From Novosphingobium sp. (GTDB taxonomy: Bacteria > Pseudomonadota > Alphaproteobacteria > Sphingomonadales > Sphingomonadaceae), in NCBI GenBank assembly GCA_017744735.1, contig JAGIAR010000002.1, positions 599 through 64,598 of the forward strand: a DNA stretch of 64,000 nucleotides, in the 5' to 3' direction. A program made the translations under genes and the position numbers. Positions 8,272-18,245 of this stretch are shown here, piece by piece. How positions within the stretch are numbered: position 1 is the first letter of the stretch; every line of letters starts with the position of its first letter. The notes beneath the pieces are model-generated. The model did not search any database. It worked only from the letters and a program-made list of their open reading frames with translations, and had not been told where the DNA came from.

Positions 8272-10302
8272 ATGGGGCGTGGCGGAACCTTTGTGCGGCG
8301 GTGCGCGTGGGGCGCGGCCGCGGGGCTGCTGGCGCTGCGCCCGGCGGCAGGCTTCGCGGGGGACGCTCCTTCCGACGCTGCCTCCCCTTCCCCGCCGGTT
8401 GCGGCACCGCAGGCTGCTCCCGCAGACGGCGGCGCCCGCAAGCAGATCCCGACCTCGCTGTTCGCCGAGCGCAGCCAGTTCGGCAGCCCGCTGATCTCGC
8501 CCGACGGCAGCAAGATCGCGCTGCGGCTGACGGTCAAGGGCGAGCAGAACGTCGCCGCGATGGATCTTGCGACCAAGAAGATCCTCTACATGGCCGAGAT
8601 GGACGCGACCCACGAGATCGACTGGTTCGCCTGGGCCGGAAACGACCGCCTGCTGGTGTCGGTCGGGACGCAGGACAAGATCTACGACGTCGATGTGCGG
8701 GTCACCCGGCTGTTCGCGCTCGACGTGGCGGATAAGGCGCTCCACTTCCTCGGGCCCAAGCGCCTCGGGATCGAGGGCGACGACGTGCTCTATACCGATC
8801 CCGCGGGCAAATACGTGCTGCTGTCCTATTCGCGCGACATCTTCACCGAGCCCGAGGTCTGGCGCTTCCCGCTCGATACCGGCGGGCCCGACAAGCCGGA
8901 GCGGATCCTGGGCAGCCAGGCCAACGTCTGGCAATGGATCGCCGACGACGACGGCACGGTGCGGATCGGGCTCGGCTGGTCGGGCACGCGGCTGGTCGTG
9001 CGCTATCGCCGCAGCGCGGACGACGGTTTCAAGATCATCGGCCGGCTCAGCCGCGACGCCGACAGCAAGGACGAATTGTGGGACGTGCTGCGGATCATCG
9101 GCGGCAGCGACGAGGGCTACATGCTCGACGACGGCGATCACGGCCATGTCGCGCTGCGCAAGTTCAACTATGCGACGCGGCAGACCGGCGAAGTGGTCTA
9201 CGAGAACCCCGACTGGGACGTGACCGATTTCGACCTCGACGACGACGGCAAGCCGGTGGCGGTCTATTACACCGACGACCGCGACCATGTGGTGTGGCTC
9301 GATCCGAAGGTGGAGAAGCTCCAGAAGGCGCTCCAGAAGGCGCTGGACAGCCCCGACGTGTGGATCGGATCGCGCTCGAAGGACGATACGCAGATGATCG
9401 TGTGGTCCGGCGGGCCGACCGATCCCGGCGCGGCGTTCCTCTACGACGCCAAGACCCACAAGCTCGACATCTTCGGCGAAGCCCGCCCCGGCCTCGCCCC
9501 CGGGCTGCTAGCCCCGGTCAAGCCGGTGTCCTACACCGCGCGCGACGGGACCGCGATCCACGCCTACCTGACCCTTCCGCCGGGCCGCCCGGCCACCGGC
9601 CTGCCGCTGATCCTGCTGCCGCACGGCGGACCTTACGGGGTCCGCGACAAGCTCGAATACAACGACGAGGTCCAGCTGCTCGCCAGCCGCGGCTATGCGG
9701 TGCTGCAGCCGAACTACCGCGGCTCGGGCGGCTATGGCGAGACATTCGAGAAGCTCGGCGACGGGCAGATCGGGCGGACGATGCAGGACGATCTCGACGA
9801 TGCGATGGACTGGGCGGTGGCGCAGGGGATCGCCGATCCGAAGCGGGTCTGCGTCGACGGCTCGAGCTATGGCGGCTACGCCGCGCTGTGGGCGGTGATG
9901 CGCAATCCCGAGCGCTATCGCTGCGCCGCGAGCTTCGCCGGGGTGACCGACTGGGACAGCCAGCTCCGCTACGACGCCGACTTCTTCACCGCCAAGGGCC
10001 GCAAGAGCTGGCGCACGCGGATCCGCGGGGAAGACCGCAAGTTCGATCTCGACACCGTCTCGCCCGCGCGCAAGGCCGCCACGCTGACCCGGCCGGTGCT
10101 GATCGCGCACGGCAAGATCGACGGCAACGTGCCCTTCAGCCAGTTCGAGAAGCTCAAGGCCGCGCTCGACAAGGCGAAGTTCGCCAAGGCGGACTATCTG
10201 GTGTTCGACAAGGAAGGCCACGGCTTCGACACCGCCGAGGACGAACAGCGCTGGTACGATGCCCTGATCGCCTTCCTCGCCAAGAACGACCCGCCCGACT
10301 GA
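8272..10302 (+). CDS. S9 family serine peptidase (prolyl oligopeptidase / dipeptidyl aminopeptidase-like)
   Basis: Signal-like N-terminus, beta-propeller-length N-domain, and a C-terminal alpha/beta hydrolase domain with nucleophile elbow GSSYGGYAALWA. Confidence 0.9.
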   Translation: MGRGGTFVRRCAWGAAAGLLALRPAAGFAGDAPSDAASPSPPVAAPQAAPADGGARKQIPTSLFAERSQFGSPLISPDGSKIALRLTVKGEQNVAAMDLATKKILYMAEMDATHEIDWFAWAGNDRLLVSVGTQDKIYDVDVRVTRLFALDVADKALHFLGPKRLGIEGDDVLYTDPAGKYVLLSYSRDIFTEPEVWRFPLDTGGPDKPERILGSQANVWQWIADDDGTVRIGLGWSGTRLVVRYRRSADDGFKIIGRLSRDADSKDELWDVLRIIGGSDEGYMLDDGDHGHVALRKFNYATRQTGEVVYENPDWDVTDFDLDDDGKPVAVYYTDDRDHVVWLDPKVEKLQKALQKALDSPDVWIGSRSKDDTQMIVWSGGPTDPGAAFLYDAKTHKLDIFGEARPGLAPGLLAPVKPVSYTARDGTAIHAYLTLPPGRPATGLPLILLPHGGPYGVRDKLEYNDEVQLLASRGYAVLQPNYRGSGGYGETFEKLGDGQIGRTMQDDLDDAMDWAVAQGIADPKRVCVDGSSYGGYAALWAVMRNPERYRCAASFAGVTDWDSQLRYDADFFTAKGRKSWRTRIRGEDRKFDLDTVSPARKAATLTRPVLIAHGKIDGNVPFSQFEKLKAALDKAKFAKADYLVFDKEGHGFDTAEDEQRWYDALIAFLAKNDPPD

Positions 10303-10379
10303 GGGATGTCGCACATCTTTCTTGCGAACGACTCGCATTAGCGATAAACGACTCGTCCAACGACGGAGTCCGTTTTGCG

Positions 10380-10805
10380 ATGAGCGACCGCCCCAGCACC
10401 GCCAACCTCCTGCCCTTCCCGCTGCCGGAAAGCCGCGCCGACCGCATGGTGCTGGTCGCGATGCGGCGGATGGCCGCGCACGGGATCCGGGATGCCCATG
10501 CCGCGATGGTCATGCTCGACCTGTTCGGCGCGCGCTTCCGCCGCCCGCTGGTGCTGCTGCGCGCCTTCATGCTCGATTTCGCACGCGCCTCGCTGCGCTC
10601 GATCAAGATCGCGCCGTGCTGCTCGCTCCGCATGACCGAGGACGAAGGCCGGCTGCTCGAGGCGCTGCGACTCGCCGCGCACGAGCCGGCGCTGGCGGAG
10701 GACCTGCTCGCCCGGCTCTCGGGCAGCCCCTGCGTGTGCGAGCCGCTCTCCGCCGCCGCGGTGTTCGGCCGCGCGCTGGAGGAATGGGAGCTGGCGCGGG
10801 CCTAG
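10380..10805 (+). CDS. hypothetical protein
   Basis: ATG 10380 is in frame with track ORF 8934..10805. Sequence MSDRPSTANLLPFPLPESRADRMVLVAMRRMAAHG... shows coding-like composition. No family recognised. Confidence 0.55.
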   Translation: MSDRPSTANLLPFPLPESRADRMVLVAMRRMAAHGIRDAHAAMVMLDLFGARFRRPLVLLRAFMLDFARASLRSIKIAPCCSLRMTEDEGRLLEALRLAAHEPALAEDLLARLSGSPCVCEPLSAAAVFGRALEEWELARA

Positions 10806-11422
10806 TTTTCGCCCGCCCCGTCCTGGGAATCGGCCGCGGCGTCGGGCTCGGTGCTGTCGCCCGCCGCGGAATCGACCGGCTCCTCGCCCGCTGCGGCGGC
10901 ATTCCCCTGGTCGATCCCCTTGTGCATGTCGCGCTGCATCTTGAGTGCGTCGCGCTGCATGTCGCCGAGATTGTGCAGCACCGCGCCGGCGCTGGCGTTG
11001 CGCACCTTGTTCTCGTCGAATGCGCGCTTGCCGAGGACCGAGGCGACATATTCGGCAAAGGCGATCCCGGTGATCTGCTGGCCGGTGGCGGCGGCCGCCC
11101 CGTCGCTCGGCGCGGCGCGCTTGCAGTCGGTGGCCACGTCGATGCCCCGGTCGCCGACCGCGGTCAGCTTCGCCCGGCAGTCGATCGCGGCGAACGTGCC
11201 GACGGCGGCATAGCGGACCTCGTTCTCGCTCGGCGAGGTGAGCTGCACCTCAAGCCGCCCGAACGGCTCGCGCCCCTTGCGCAGATCGGCCTGCGCGAGC
11301 AGCGCCTTGGCCTCCTTCACCGTCAACGGATAGTCCGGCCCGGACGCCGCGCGCATCGGCAGGAAGTACACCCCCGCTCCCGCCGCGGCGACCAGCGCCA
11401 TTCCGAAAACCACTTCCCGCAT
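10802..11422 (-). CDS. hypothetical membrane-anchored protein with acidic C-terminal tail
   Basis: 206-aa ORF with ATG start and an N-terminal TM segment VVFGMALVAAAGAGVYFL. Its stop overlaps the convergent gene's stop (CTAG at 10802-10805). Confidence 0.6.
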   Translation of the reverse strand: MREVVFGMALVAAAGAGVYFLPMRAASGPDYPLTVKEAKALLAQADLRKGREPFGRLEVQLTSPSENEVRYAAVGTFAAIDCRAKLTAVGDRGIDVATDCKRAAPSDGAAAATGQQITGIAFAEYVASVLGKRAFDENKVRNASAGAVLHNLGDMQRDALKMQRDMHKGIDQGNAAAAGEEPVDSAAGDSTEPDAAADSQDGAGEN

Positions 11423-11488
11423 AGCCAGCCCCCGCTTCAGCCGGGGCCGGTCTAGCAGCGAGGGGTTACGATTTGGTTGGCTGCAACC

Positions 11489-12697
11489 TCAGAGCCCCGC
11501 CTTCGCAAACGCCCGGTCGAGATCCTCGATCAGGTCCTGCGGGTCTTCCAGCCCGACGTTGAGCCGGATCATACCTTCCCCGATCCCCATCTCGGCACGG
11601 CCTTCGGGGCCCATGTTGTTGTGGGTGGTCGAAGCCGGGTGGCACGCGAGGCTCTTGGAATCGCCGATGTTGTTCGAGATGTCGATCAGTTCGAGCGCGT
11701 TGAGCACCGCGAAGGCCTTCTCGCGCCCGCCGTCGACCACGAAGCTGAAGATCGGGCCGAAGGCGTCCATCTGCTTCGCGGCCAGGTTGTGCTGGGCGAA
11801 GCTGGGCAGGCCGGGGTGGAGGACCTGCGCCACCCGCCCCTCGACGAAAGCGCCGACCTTGAGCGCGTTCTCGCTCTGGCGATGGGCGCGCAGGTCGAGG
11901 GTCTCGAGCCCCTTCAGCACCACCCAGGCGTTGAACGGCGAACAGATCGGCCCGGTGTTGCGCTGGAACGGCGAAAGCACGCCGTTGATCCAGGCGTCGC
12001 TGCCGCAGATCGCCCCGGCGAGCACCCTGCCCTGCCCGTCCATCAGCTTGGTGGCCGAATAGGCGACGATGTCGATCCCGAATTCCAGCGGGCGCTGCAG
12101 CACCGAGGTCGCGAAGGCATTGTCGACGATGGTGGTGATCCCGTGCGCCTGCGCGAGCTTGGCGACGTGCTCCATATCGACGATGTCCATCGTCGGGTTG
12201 GCCGGGGTCTCGAAGAAGAACACCTTGGTGTTCGGCTGGATCGCGCGTTCCCAGGCATCGTTGTCGCGCCCGTCGATCGCCGTGTGGGTGATCCCGAAGC
12301 GGTTGAGCACGTTGTTCATGATCCAGCGGCACGAGCCGAAGGCCGCGCGGCCCATCACCACATGGTCGCCGGCCGAGAGCATGCACAGCAGCGCGCTGGT
12401 CATCGCGGCCATGCCGCTCGCCTGCACCTTGCACGCCTCGGCCCCCTCCATCGCCGCGATCCGCTCTTCGAGCATCGCCACGGTCGGGTTCTGGAACCGC
12501 GAATACTGCATCCCGGTGGCTTCGCCGGCGAAGCGCGCGGCGACGGTCTCGGCGCTGTCGTAGGTGTAGCCCGAGGTGAGGAACAGCGCTTCGCTCGTCT
12601 CGCCCTGCTCGCTGCGCCAGGTGCCCGCGCGCACCGCCTGCGTCGCGGGGCGCCATTTGGCGGTGATGGTGCGGTCGGTTCCGGTGGAGTTTTTCAT
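11489..12697 (-). CDS. metZ: O-succinylhomoserine sulfhydrylase
   Basis: Start ATG 12697 (MKNSTGTDRTITAKWRPATQAVRAG). PLP-enzyme motifs are VAYSATKLMDGQGRVLAG (Lys in SATK) and ...ACHPASTTH. Cys/Met metabolism PLP family with a MetZ-like N-terminus. Confidence 0.9.
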   Translation of the reverse strand: MKNSTGTDRTITAKWRPATQAVRAGTWRSEQGETSEALFLTSGYTYDSAETVAARFAGEATGMQYSRFQNPTVAMLEERIAAMEGAEACKVQASGMAAMTSALLCMLSAGDHVVMGRAAFGSCRWIMNNVLNRFGITHTAIDGRDNDAWERAIQPNTKVFFFETPANPTMDIVDMEHVAKLAQAHGITTIVDNAFATSVLQRPLEFGIDIVAYSATKLMDGQGRVLAGAICGSDAWINGVLSPFQRNTGPICSPFNAWVVLKGLETLDLRAHRQSENALKVGAFVEGRVAQVLHPGLPSFAQHNLAAKQMDAFGPIFSFVVDGGREKAFAVLNALELIDISNNIGDSKSLACHPASTTHNNMGPEGRAEMGIGEGMIRLNVGLEDPQDLIEDLDRAFAKAGL

Positions 12698-12773
12698 GGG
12701 TCGGGGCCTTAGGACCGGGCGAAGCGAGGGGCAAGCCTTGCACCGCCGAACCGCTCTGCTATCTCCCGCCGCG

Positions 12774-14048
12774 ATGACCCAGTCGCTTTCGACCGTTCGC
12801 GATCCCCGTGGCTGGAGCGCGCTGATCGTCGCGATCTTCGCCGTGCTCGTCTGCATTCGTCTCGGCACCCCGAGCCGGTTCTATTTCGACGAGGTCCACT
12901 ACATTCCCGCCGCGCGGGTGCTGCTGCAGTTCGACCATATCACCAACCGCGAGCATCCGCTGGTGGGCAAGGAAATCCTCGCCCTGGCACTCACCTGGTT
13001 CGGCGACAAGCCGGTTGCGTGGCGGGTGTTCCCGGTGATCGCCGGGATCCTGACGCTGATCGCCTTCATCCGGCTGATGTGGTTCACCACCCTCTCGCGT
13101 TTCGCGACGATCGCCGGCGGCGTGCTGCTGGCGACCGGCTTCGTGCTGTTCGTGCAGGCGCGCATCGCGATGCTGGACATCTTCATGGCCTGCTTCACGA
13201 TGATCGGGCTGTGGATGGTGGCGGCGGCGGTGCGCCTGCCCGGGCAGGCGCGCTGGCGGCTGGCGGCCGCGGGGATCGCGATGGGCCTCGCGCTCGGCAG
13301 CAAGTGGAACGCGGCGCCGCTGGCGGTGCTGCCCGGCCTGACCTTCCTGGTGCTGCGGATCAGGGAGGCCGGTCCGCGCTTCCTCACCCGGCGCGATTGC
13401 GGCCCGATCCCCGGCATCAGCCTGATCGAAGCCGGCGTGTGGCTCGGCGTGCTGCCGGTCGTGGTCTATCTCGCGACCTTCTGGCCGGTGTTCTTCTACG
13501 CCAAGAACCCGCTGACGATCGGCGGCTACTGGGAATACCACAAGAAGATGTACGAGCTGCAGGAGCAGGTCGTGAAGCCCCACCCCTATATGAGCCGGTG
13601 GTACGAATGGGTGATCGACTGGCGCCCGATCTGGTATCTCTACGAACGGGTCGACGGCGCGCAGCGCGGCGTGCTGCTGATCGGCAACCCCTTCACGATG
13701 ATCGTCGGGCTGGCCGCGGTCGCGTGGTGCGGCTGGGCCGGCTTCATGGAGCGGAACCGCCCTGCGCTGGTGTTCTTCGGGCTCTATGCGGTGACCATCG
13801 GGATGTGGATCGTCGCGCCCAAGCCGGTGCAGTTCTACTACCACTATTTCCTGCCGAGCTGCTTCCTGCTGGGCGCGCTGGCGGTCACGCTGGACCAGCT
13901 ATGGAAGGAAGGCTGGCACAAGACCGCGCTGGGATCGGTAATCGCCAGCGTGGTGCTGTTCGCGATCTTCTATCCGATCATCAGCGCGGCCCATCTCGAG
14001 GGGCCCTATTCCTTCCAGCACTGGATGTGGCTGAACAGCTGGAAATAG
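12774..14048 (+). CDS. GT39 (PMT-type) phospholipid-carrier-dependent glycosyltransferase
   Basis: ATG 12774. Multi-pass membrane protein with loop-1 FYFDEVHYIPAA (DE motif) and a C-terminal HPYMSRWYEWVIDWRPIWY (PMT_4TMC-like). Confidence 0.8.
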   Translation: MTQSLSTVRDPRGWSALIVAIFAVLVCIRLGTPSRFYFDEVHYIPAARVLLQFDHITNREHPLVGKEILALALTWFGDKPVAWRVFPVIAGILTLIAFIRLMWFTTLSRFATIAGGVLLATGFVLFVQARIAMLDIFMACFTMIGLWMVAAAVRLPGQARWRLAAAGIAMGLALGSKWNAAPLAVLPGLTFLVLRIREAGPRFLTRRDCGPIPGISLIEAGVWLGVLPVVVYLATFWPVFFYAKNPLTIGGYWEYHKKMYELQEQVVKPHPYMSRWYEWVIDWRPIWYLYERVDGAQRGVLLIGNPFTMIVGLAAVAWCGWAGFMERNRPALVFFGLYAVTIGMWIVAPKPVQFYYHYFLPSCFLLGALAVTLDQLWKEGWHKTALGSVIASVVLFAIFYPIISAAHLEGPYSFQHWMWLNSWK

Positions 14049-14051
14049 GGC

Positions 14052-14234
14052 TCAGGCGAAGCCGATCCGCGCCTTCGGTCCGAGCAGGTACCACACCAGC
14101 AGCCCGGCAAACGGAAACAGCACGATCACCGCCGCCCAGCCGATCTTCATGCCGGTGGATGCCGCGCTCTGCGCGACGTTCACGATTGCCCAGAAGTCGA
14201 GCAGGAGGATGAGGAAGGTAAGAAGAAACGTCAT
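14052..14234 (-). CDS. PLD nuclease N-terminal (PLDc_N) domain small membrane protein
   Basis: MTFLLTFLILLLDFWAIVNVAQS...KIGWAAVIVLFPFAGLLVWYLLGPK. ATG 14234 lies inside track ORF 14052..14306. Confidence 0.7.
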   Translation of the reverse strand: MTFLLTFLILLLDFWAIVNVAQSAASTGMKIGWAAVIVLFPFAGLLVWYLLGPKARIGFA

Positions 14235-14528
14235 CTTGGCCACCTTTGCGTTGGCCCCCGCATTACTACGCAAGCGCGCGGCAAGCCGTTCCCCGGCTGG
14301 GCGCAAGGCGGCAACGGCTGGAGGAAGTCGAACGCGAAAGTGTCCGTTCTTCTCCCGTTGACGGGAGAAGGATACGCAGGCTTGGCCGCTTGCGGCCTAG
14401 CCGCAGTTGGATGAGGGCTGCCTGCTTCGACGATCAGCTGAGGCGGCGCAGGTTGCGCGCGTCCGAACTGGTTCTGCCGATGCTCGCGGGCTGCAGGAAG
14501 GGCGAAGACACCCCTCATCCAAGCTGCG

Positions 14529-15653
14529 CTACTTGTACTTGCCCCACACGAAGCGGCTCGACAGCGCGTAGTTCCACACCGAGCCGATCACGATCCCGAC
14601 GATTGCCGAGGGATAGGGGTGGAAGCCCGAGCGCACCAGGATCGCGGCGACGCCGATGTTCGACAGCATCCCGACCGAACAGGTCACCGCGAAGCGCAGC
14701 CAGCCGCGCATCAGCGGGCCGAAGCCCGCCAGGCGCTTGTCGGCATAGGTCAGCGCGTTGTTGAGCACGAAGTTGAAGGTCATCGCGACCACCGCGGCGA
14801 TCGACTGGCCGACATCGAATTCGGTGATCCAGCGGCCGAACACGAAGCCGTCGCCGCCGTTGAGCCGCAGCACGGTGGTCAGCACCGCCATGTGGACCAC
14901 GACGCCCGCTGCGCCGATCGTGCCGAACAGCGCGAAGCGCGTCGGGATGATCCGGCCGAGCCACTTGTCGTAAAGGCCGATCAGGAATTCGAACACCACG
15001 GTGCGGTCGAGCTTGCTTTCGCCTTCGGCGCGCTGGGCGAAGGTCAGGGGCAATTCTTTCACTCGGAGCGGTCCCTCCACGGTGGCGAGGATATCGAGCA
15101 GGATCTTGAAGCCGACGCCCGACAGGCGGTGCGCGTCGGCGCGCAGGATGCGGGCGGGGAGCATGAAATAGCCGCTCATCGGGTCGCTCAGCTCCATGCC
15201 GGTGACCTTGCGCGCGAGCTTGTTGGCGAGCTGCGAGCCCTTTTCGCGCCCCTTGCTCGAAAGCCCGGCGGCGCTGGCGCCCTCGGCGAAGCGCGAGCCG
15301 TAGGCGACGTCGTAATCGCCGCTTTCGAGCGCGGCGAGCATCTGCGGCAGCAAGGCCGGATCGTGCTGGTGGTCGGCGTCCATCACCGCGACCATCGGCG
15401 CGGCGGTGGCGCACATGCCTTCGATCGCGGCCGAGGCCAGCCCGCGGCGGCCGATCCGCTCGATCACCCGCACCCGCGGATCGTCGAGGCTGATCGCGCG
15501 CGCCTCGTCGGCGGTGCCGTCGGGGCTGTTGTCGTCGACGATCACCGCTTCCCACTCGATGCCCTTGAGTGCGGCGTCGAGCTTCGCGACCAGCGGGCGC
15601 AGATTCTTGCGCTCGTTATAGGTCGGCAGGATGATCGCGAGGCGCAGGCTCAT
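14529..15653 (-). CDS. polyprenol-phosphate glycosyl(mannosyl)transferase, GT2 catalytic domain fused to GtrA-like 4-TM domain
   Basis: LAIILPTYNERKNL, VIVDDNSPDGT and DADHQHDP (DXD), plus a C-terminal hydrophobic GtrA-like region. It lies 12 nt downstream of leuB. Confidence 0.85.
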   Translation of the reverse strand: MSLRLAIILPTYNERKNLRPLVAKLDAALKGIEWEAVIVDDNSPDGTADEARAISLDDPRVRVIERIGRRGLASAAIEGMCATAAPMVAVMDADHQHDPALLPQMLAALESGDYDVAYGSRFAEGASAAGLSSKGREKGSQLANKLARKVTGMELSDPMSGYFMLPARILRADAHRLSGVGFKILLDILATVEGPLRVKELPLTFAQRAEGESKLDRTVVFEFLIGLYDKWLGRIIPTRFALFGTIGAAGVVVHMAVLTTVLRLNGGDGFVFGRWITEFDVGQSIAAVVAMTFNFVLNNALTYADKRLAGFGPLMRGWLRFAVTCSVGMLSNIGVAAILVRSGFHPYPSAIVGIVIGSVWNYALSSRFVWGKYK

Positions 15654-15665
15654 GGTCGGGAAAAC

Positions 15666-16724
15666 TCAGAGCCGCTCGACGATCGCGGCGCCGATTTCCG
15701 CGGTCCCGGCGCTGCCGCCGAGATCGCCGCCCTTGATCCCGTCGGCCAGGGTTTTCGCCACTGCCGCCTCGACCCGCGCGGCCTCGGCTTCGCGGCCGAA
15801 GGAATGGCGCAGCATCATCGCGAGGCTGAGCACCATCGCCATCGGGTTGGCCTTGCCCTGCCCGGCGATATCGGGCGCGGAGCCGTGGATCGGCTCGTAG
15901 AGGCCCTTGGTGCCGTATTGCGTCTGGGTCTCGCCCAGCGAGGCGCTGGCGAGCAGGCCGATCGAGCCGACGCACATGCTGGCCTGGTCCGAAAGAATGT
16001 CGCCGAACAGATTGCCGGTCACCACCACGTCGAACTGGCCGGGCGCCTTGACCAGCTGCATCGCGGCATTGTCGACATACATGTGGGTGAGCTCGACGTC
16101 GGGGTATTCCTTCGCGGTCTCGATCACCACGTCGCGCCACAGCTGGCTGGTCTCGAGCACATTGGCCTTGTCGACGCTGCACAGGCGCTTGCCGCGGCCC
16201 TGCGCGGCCTTGAAACCCACATGGGCGATCCGGCGGACCTCGTTCTCGTCGTAGGACATGAAATCGAAGCCCTGGCGGCGCCCGTCTTCGAGCGTGCGGA
16301 TGCCCTTTTCGCCGAAATAGACGTCGCCGTTGAGCTCGCGCACGATCAGCAGGTCGATCTCGCGGGCGATCTCGGGGCGCAGGCCGCTGAGGTCCTCGAG
16401 GCCGGGGAACAGCGTCGCCGGGCGCAAATTGGCGAACAGGGTGAGCGCCTGGCGCAGGCCGAGGATCGCCTGTTCGGGGCGCAGGTGGCGTTCGAGAGCG
16501 TCGCACGAAGGATCGCCGACCGCGCCGAACAGCACCGCATCGGCGGCCTTCGCGATGGCGAGCGTTTCGGGCGGCAGCGGGTGGCCGTGCTTCCTGTACC
16601 CGGTGCCGCCGACATCGCCATGCGCCAGTTCCACCCCGGGCAGCGCCAGCGCGTCGAGCACGGCCAGTGCCTGCTCCATGATCTCGGGACCGATGCCGTC
16701 GCCGGCCAGAACTGCAATCTTCAT
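15666..16724 (-). CDS. leuB: 3-isopropylmalate dehydrogenase
   Basis: [16 protein letters not shown]..., [53 protein letters not shown] 16724. Confidence 0.95.
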   Translation of the reverse strand: MKIAVLAGDGIGPEIMEQALAVLDALALPGVELAHGDVGGTGYRKHGHPLPPETLAIAKAADAVLFGAVGDPSCDALERHLRPEQAILGLRQALTLFANLRPATLFPGLEDLSGLRPEIAREIDLLIVRELNGDVYFGEKGIRTLEDGRRQGFDFMSYDENEVRRIAHVGFKAAQGRGKRLCSVDKANVLETSQLWRDVVIETAKEYPDVELTHMYVDNAAMQLVKAPGQFDVVVTGNLFGDILSDQASMCVGSIGLLASASLGETQTQYGTKGLYEPIHGSAPDIAGQGKANPMAMVLSLAMMLRHSFGREAEAARVEAAVAKTLADGIKGGDLGGSAGTAEIGAAIVERL

Positions 16725-17323
16725 CAATCTATCCGCCCAAGCCTGTCCCGGAGAATCGCTCGCGCGCCCATAACATCGCCGCGCCGGTCGGCAAGGAGGT
16801 AGCGCTCGAGCGGGGCCGAAAGTGCGTCGAATGCGGACAGGGCGTCGGCCAGTTCGGGGCCCTTCGGCCTTCCCCCGCCGCCATAACCCAGCTCGCGCAG
16901 CACCAGCGCCTCGTAGGTCACCATCGCGCCGGCCCAGCCGCGCGCCGACGGGGCATGGCAGACCGCATCGAGCAGCGCCTTCAGCGCCTGGTAGAGCGCC
17001 GGATAGGGATGGCGTTCGGGCAGCGCGGTGGCGGTGAGCGCGCAGGCCCACTGGATCGCCGCCGCCGGCAGCGGCTCGCCCAGCCACGGGCCGCGGCTTT
17101 CGAGCAGTTCGAGCCGGGCGAAGGGGAGCTGGCTGTCGGATTTCGAGCGCAGCTCCGCCTCGACCAGGTTGCCGGGGATCACCACCGGCCGCAATTGTCG
17201 GCCCCTGCCCCCCGCGACATAGCCGGCGACGAGCCCGTGATCCTCGGTCAGCAGCCGCGCGATCACCGCGGTCTCGCCGTGCGGCCGGGCCGAACAGAGG
17301 ATCGCGGGGGAGCGGAGCTGCAT
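16724..17323 (-). CDS. recO: DNA repair protein RecO
   Basis: 199-aa ORF starting [36 protein letters not shown], a RecO-type OB-fold start. Its stop overlaps the leuB start. Confidence 0.8.
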   Translation of the reverse strand: MQLRSPAILCSARPHGETAVIARLLTEDHGLVAGYVAGGRGRQLRPVVIPGNLVEAELRSKSDSQLPFARLELLESRGPWLGEPLPAAAIQWACALTATALPERHPYPALYQALKALLDAVCHAPSARGWAGAMVTYEALVLRELGYGGGGRPKGPELADALSAFDALSAPLERYLLADRRGDVMGARAILRDRLGRID

Positions 17324-17329
17324 GCGTCC

Positions 17330-17842
17330 TTACATCTGCACCGGCATGCCGAGATGCGCGAGGAAGTCCGGCTTGCCGAGCGACACGCCGTTGGCGCGCA
17401 GGATCGCATAGGCCGCGGTGGCGTGGAAATAGAAGTTCGGCAGCGCGAAATTGCGCAGATAGTCGGCCCCGCTAAAGCGGTAGCCCATGCCGTTGGGGAA
17501 CTTGATCGCGACTTCGCGGTCCTCGGCGCCGGCATAGGCATCGGGGCCCACGCTCTCGACGAAGGCGACGGTCTTGTCCATCCGCGCCTGCAGCTCGGCG
17601 AAGGTGCTTTCCGTGTCCTCCATCACCGGGGCCTCGGTCCCGGTCAGCCGCGCGACGGCGAATTTCGCCGAATCGGAGGCGAACTGGAACTGGCGCGGCA
17701 GCGGATGCATGTCCTCGGCCAGCCGCGCGCCCATCAGCGCCGCCTCGTTCCGCTCCGCCGCCGCCTTGTCGAGCCAGGCGCGCATGTTGCGCAGCGTGGC
17801 GACGAACACCGGTGCCGCCGAATCGTAGATCGTGAATTGCAT
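17330..17842 (-). CDS. DUF1993 domain-containing protein
   Basis: [27 protein letters not shown]...[26 protein letters not shown] matches my recollection of the DUF1993 family. Confidence 0.75.
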   Translation of the reverse strand: MQFTIYDSAAPVFVATLRNMRAWLDKAAAERNEAALMGARLAEDMHPLPRQFQFASDSAKFAVARLTGTEAPVMEDTESTFAELQARMDKTVAFVESVGPDAYAGAEDREVAIKFPNGMGYRFSGADYLRNFALPNFYFHATAAYAILRANGVSLGKPDFLAHLGMPVQM

Positions 17843-17894
17843 GGAAGACCCTCCCGTGTGGTGGAGGGCATGTGCCCCGCTTTGGCGGCGCGCG

Positions 17895-18164
17895 CTAGGC
17901 GGAAACCGCCTCGCTGCAGTCGCTGCACAATTCCGCTGCGGGACGCTTGCCGGCGGCGACCAGGGGGTTCTCCTTGCGGCCCATGCTCCAGTTCCGCTGC
18001 ATCCGCACCTTGGGATTGGGCGCGCACCAGATTTCGCCGGTCGCGTCGATCGCGGTGACCCACATGAGGTTATGCTCCTGGCCGTAATCGATCATGCCGA
18101 TCGCATAACCGTCGCCCTTGCCGAGCACGTGGAGCGGGATCGGGGGATTGAGCTGGGTGAACAT
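17895..18164 (-). CDS. hypothetical protein
   Basis: 89-aa ORF with ATG start and an AAGGTGG-like SD upstream. No family recognised. Confidence 0.5.
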   Translation of the reverse strand: MFTQLNPPIPLHVLGKGDGYAIGMIDYGQEHNLMWVTAIDATGEIWCAPNPKVRMQRNWSMGRKENPLVAAGKRPAAELCSDCSEAVSA

Positions 18165-18245
18165 GGGAAACCACCTTTCGCGTGCCCAAACGGGCAGTGC
18201 GGGCGAGCGGTTCCAGCGGTTTAACCTGAGTTGGCGAGAAAGCCG

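Noticed and set aside
12698-12773. SAM-II (metA-type) riboswitch upstream of metZ, as often seen in alphaproteobacteria.
   Set aside because: Only 76 nt are shared with the divergent GT39 gene, and I could not find the AAAGCU-type pseudoknot core. A cmsearch would settle it.
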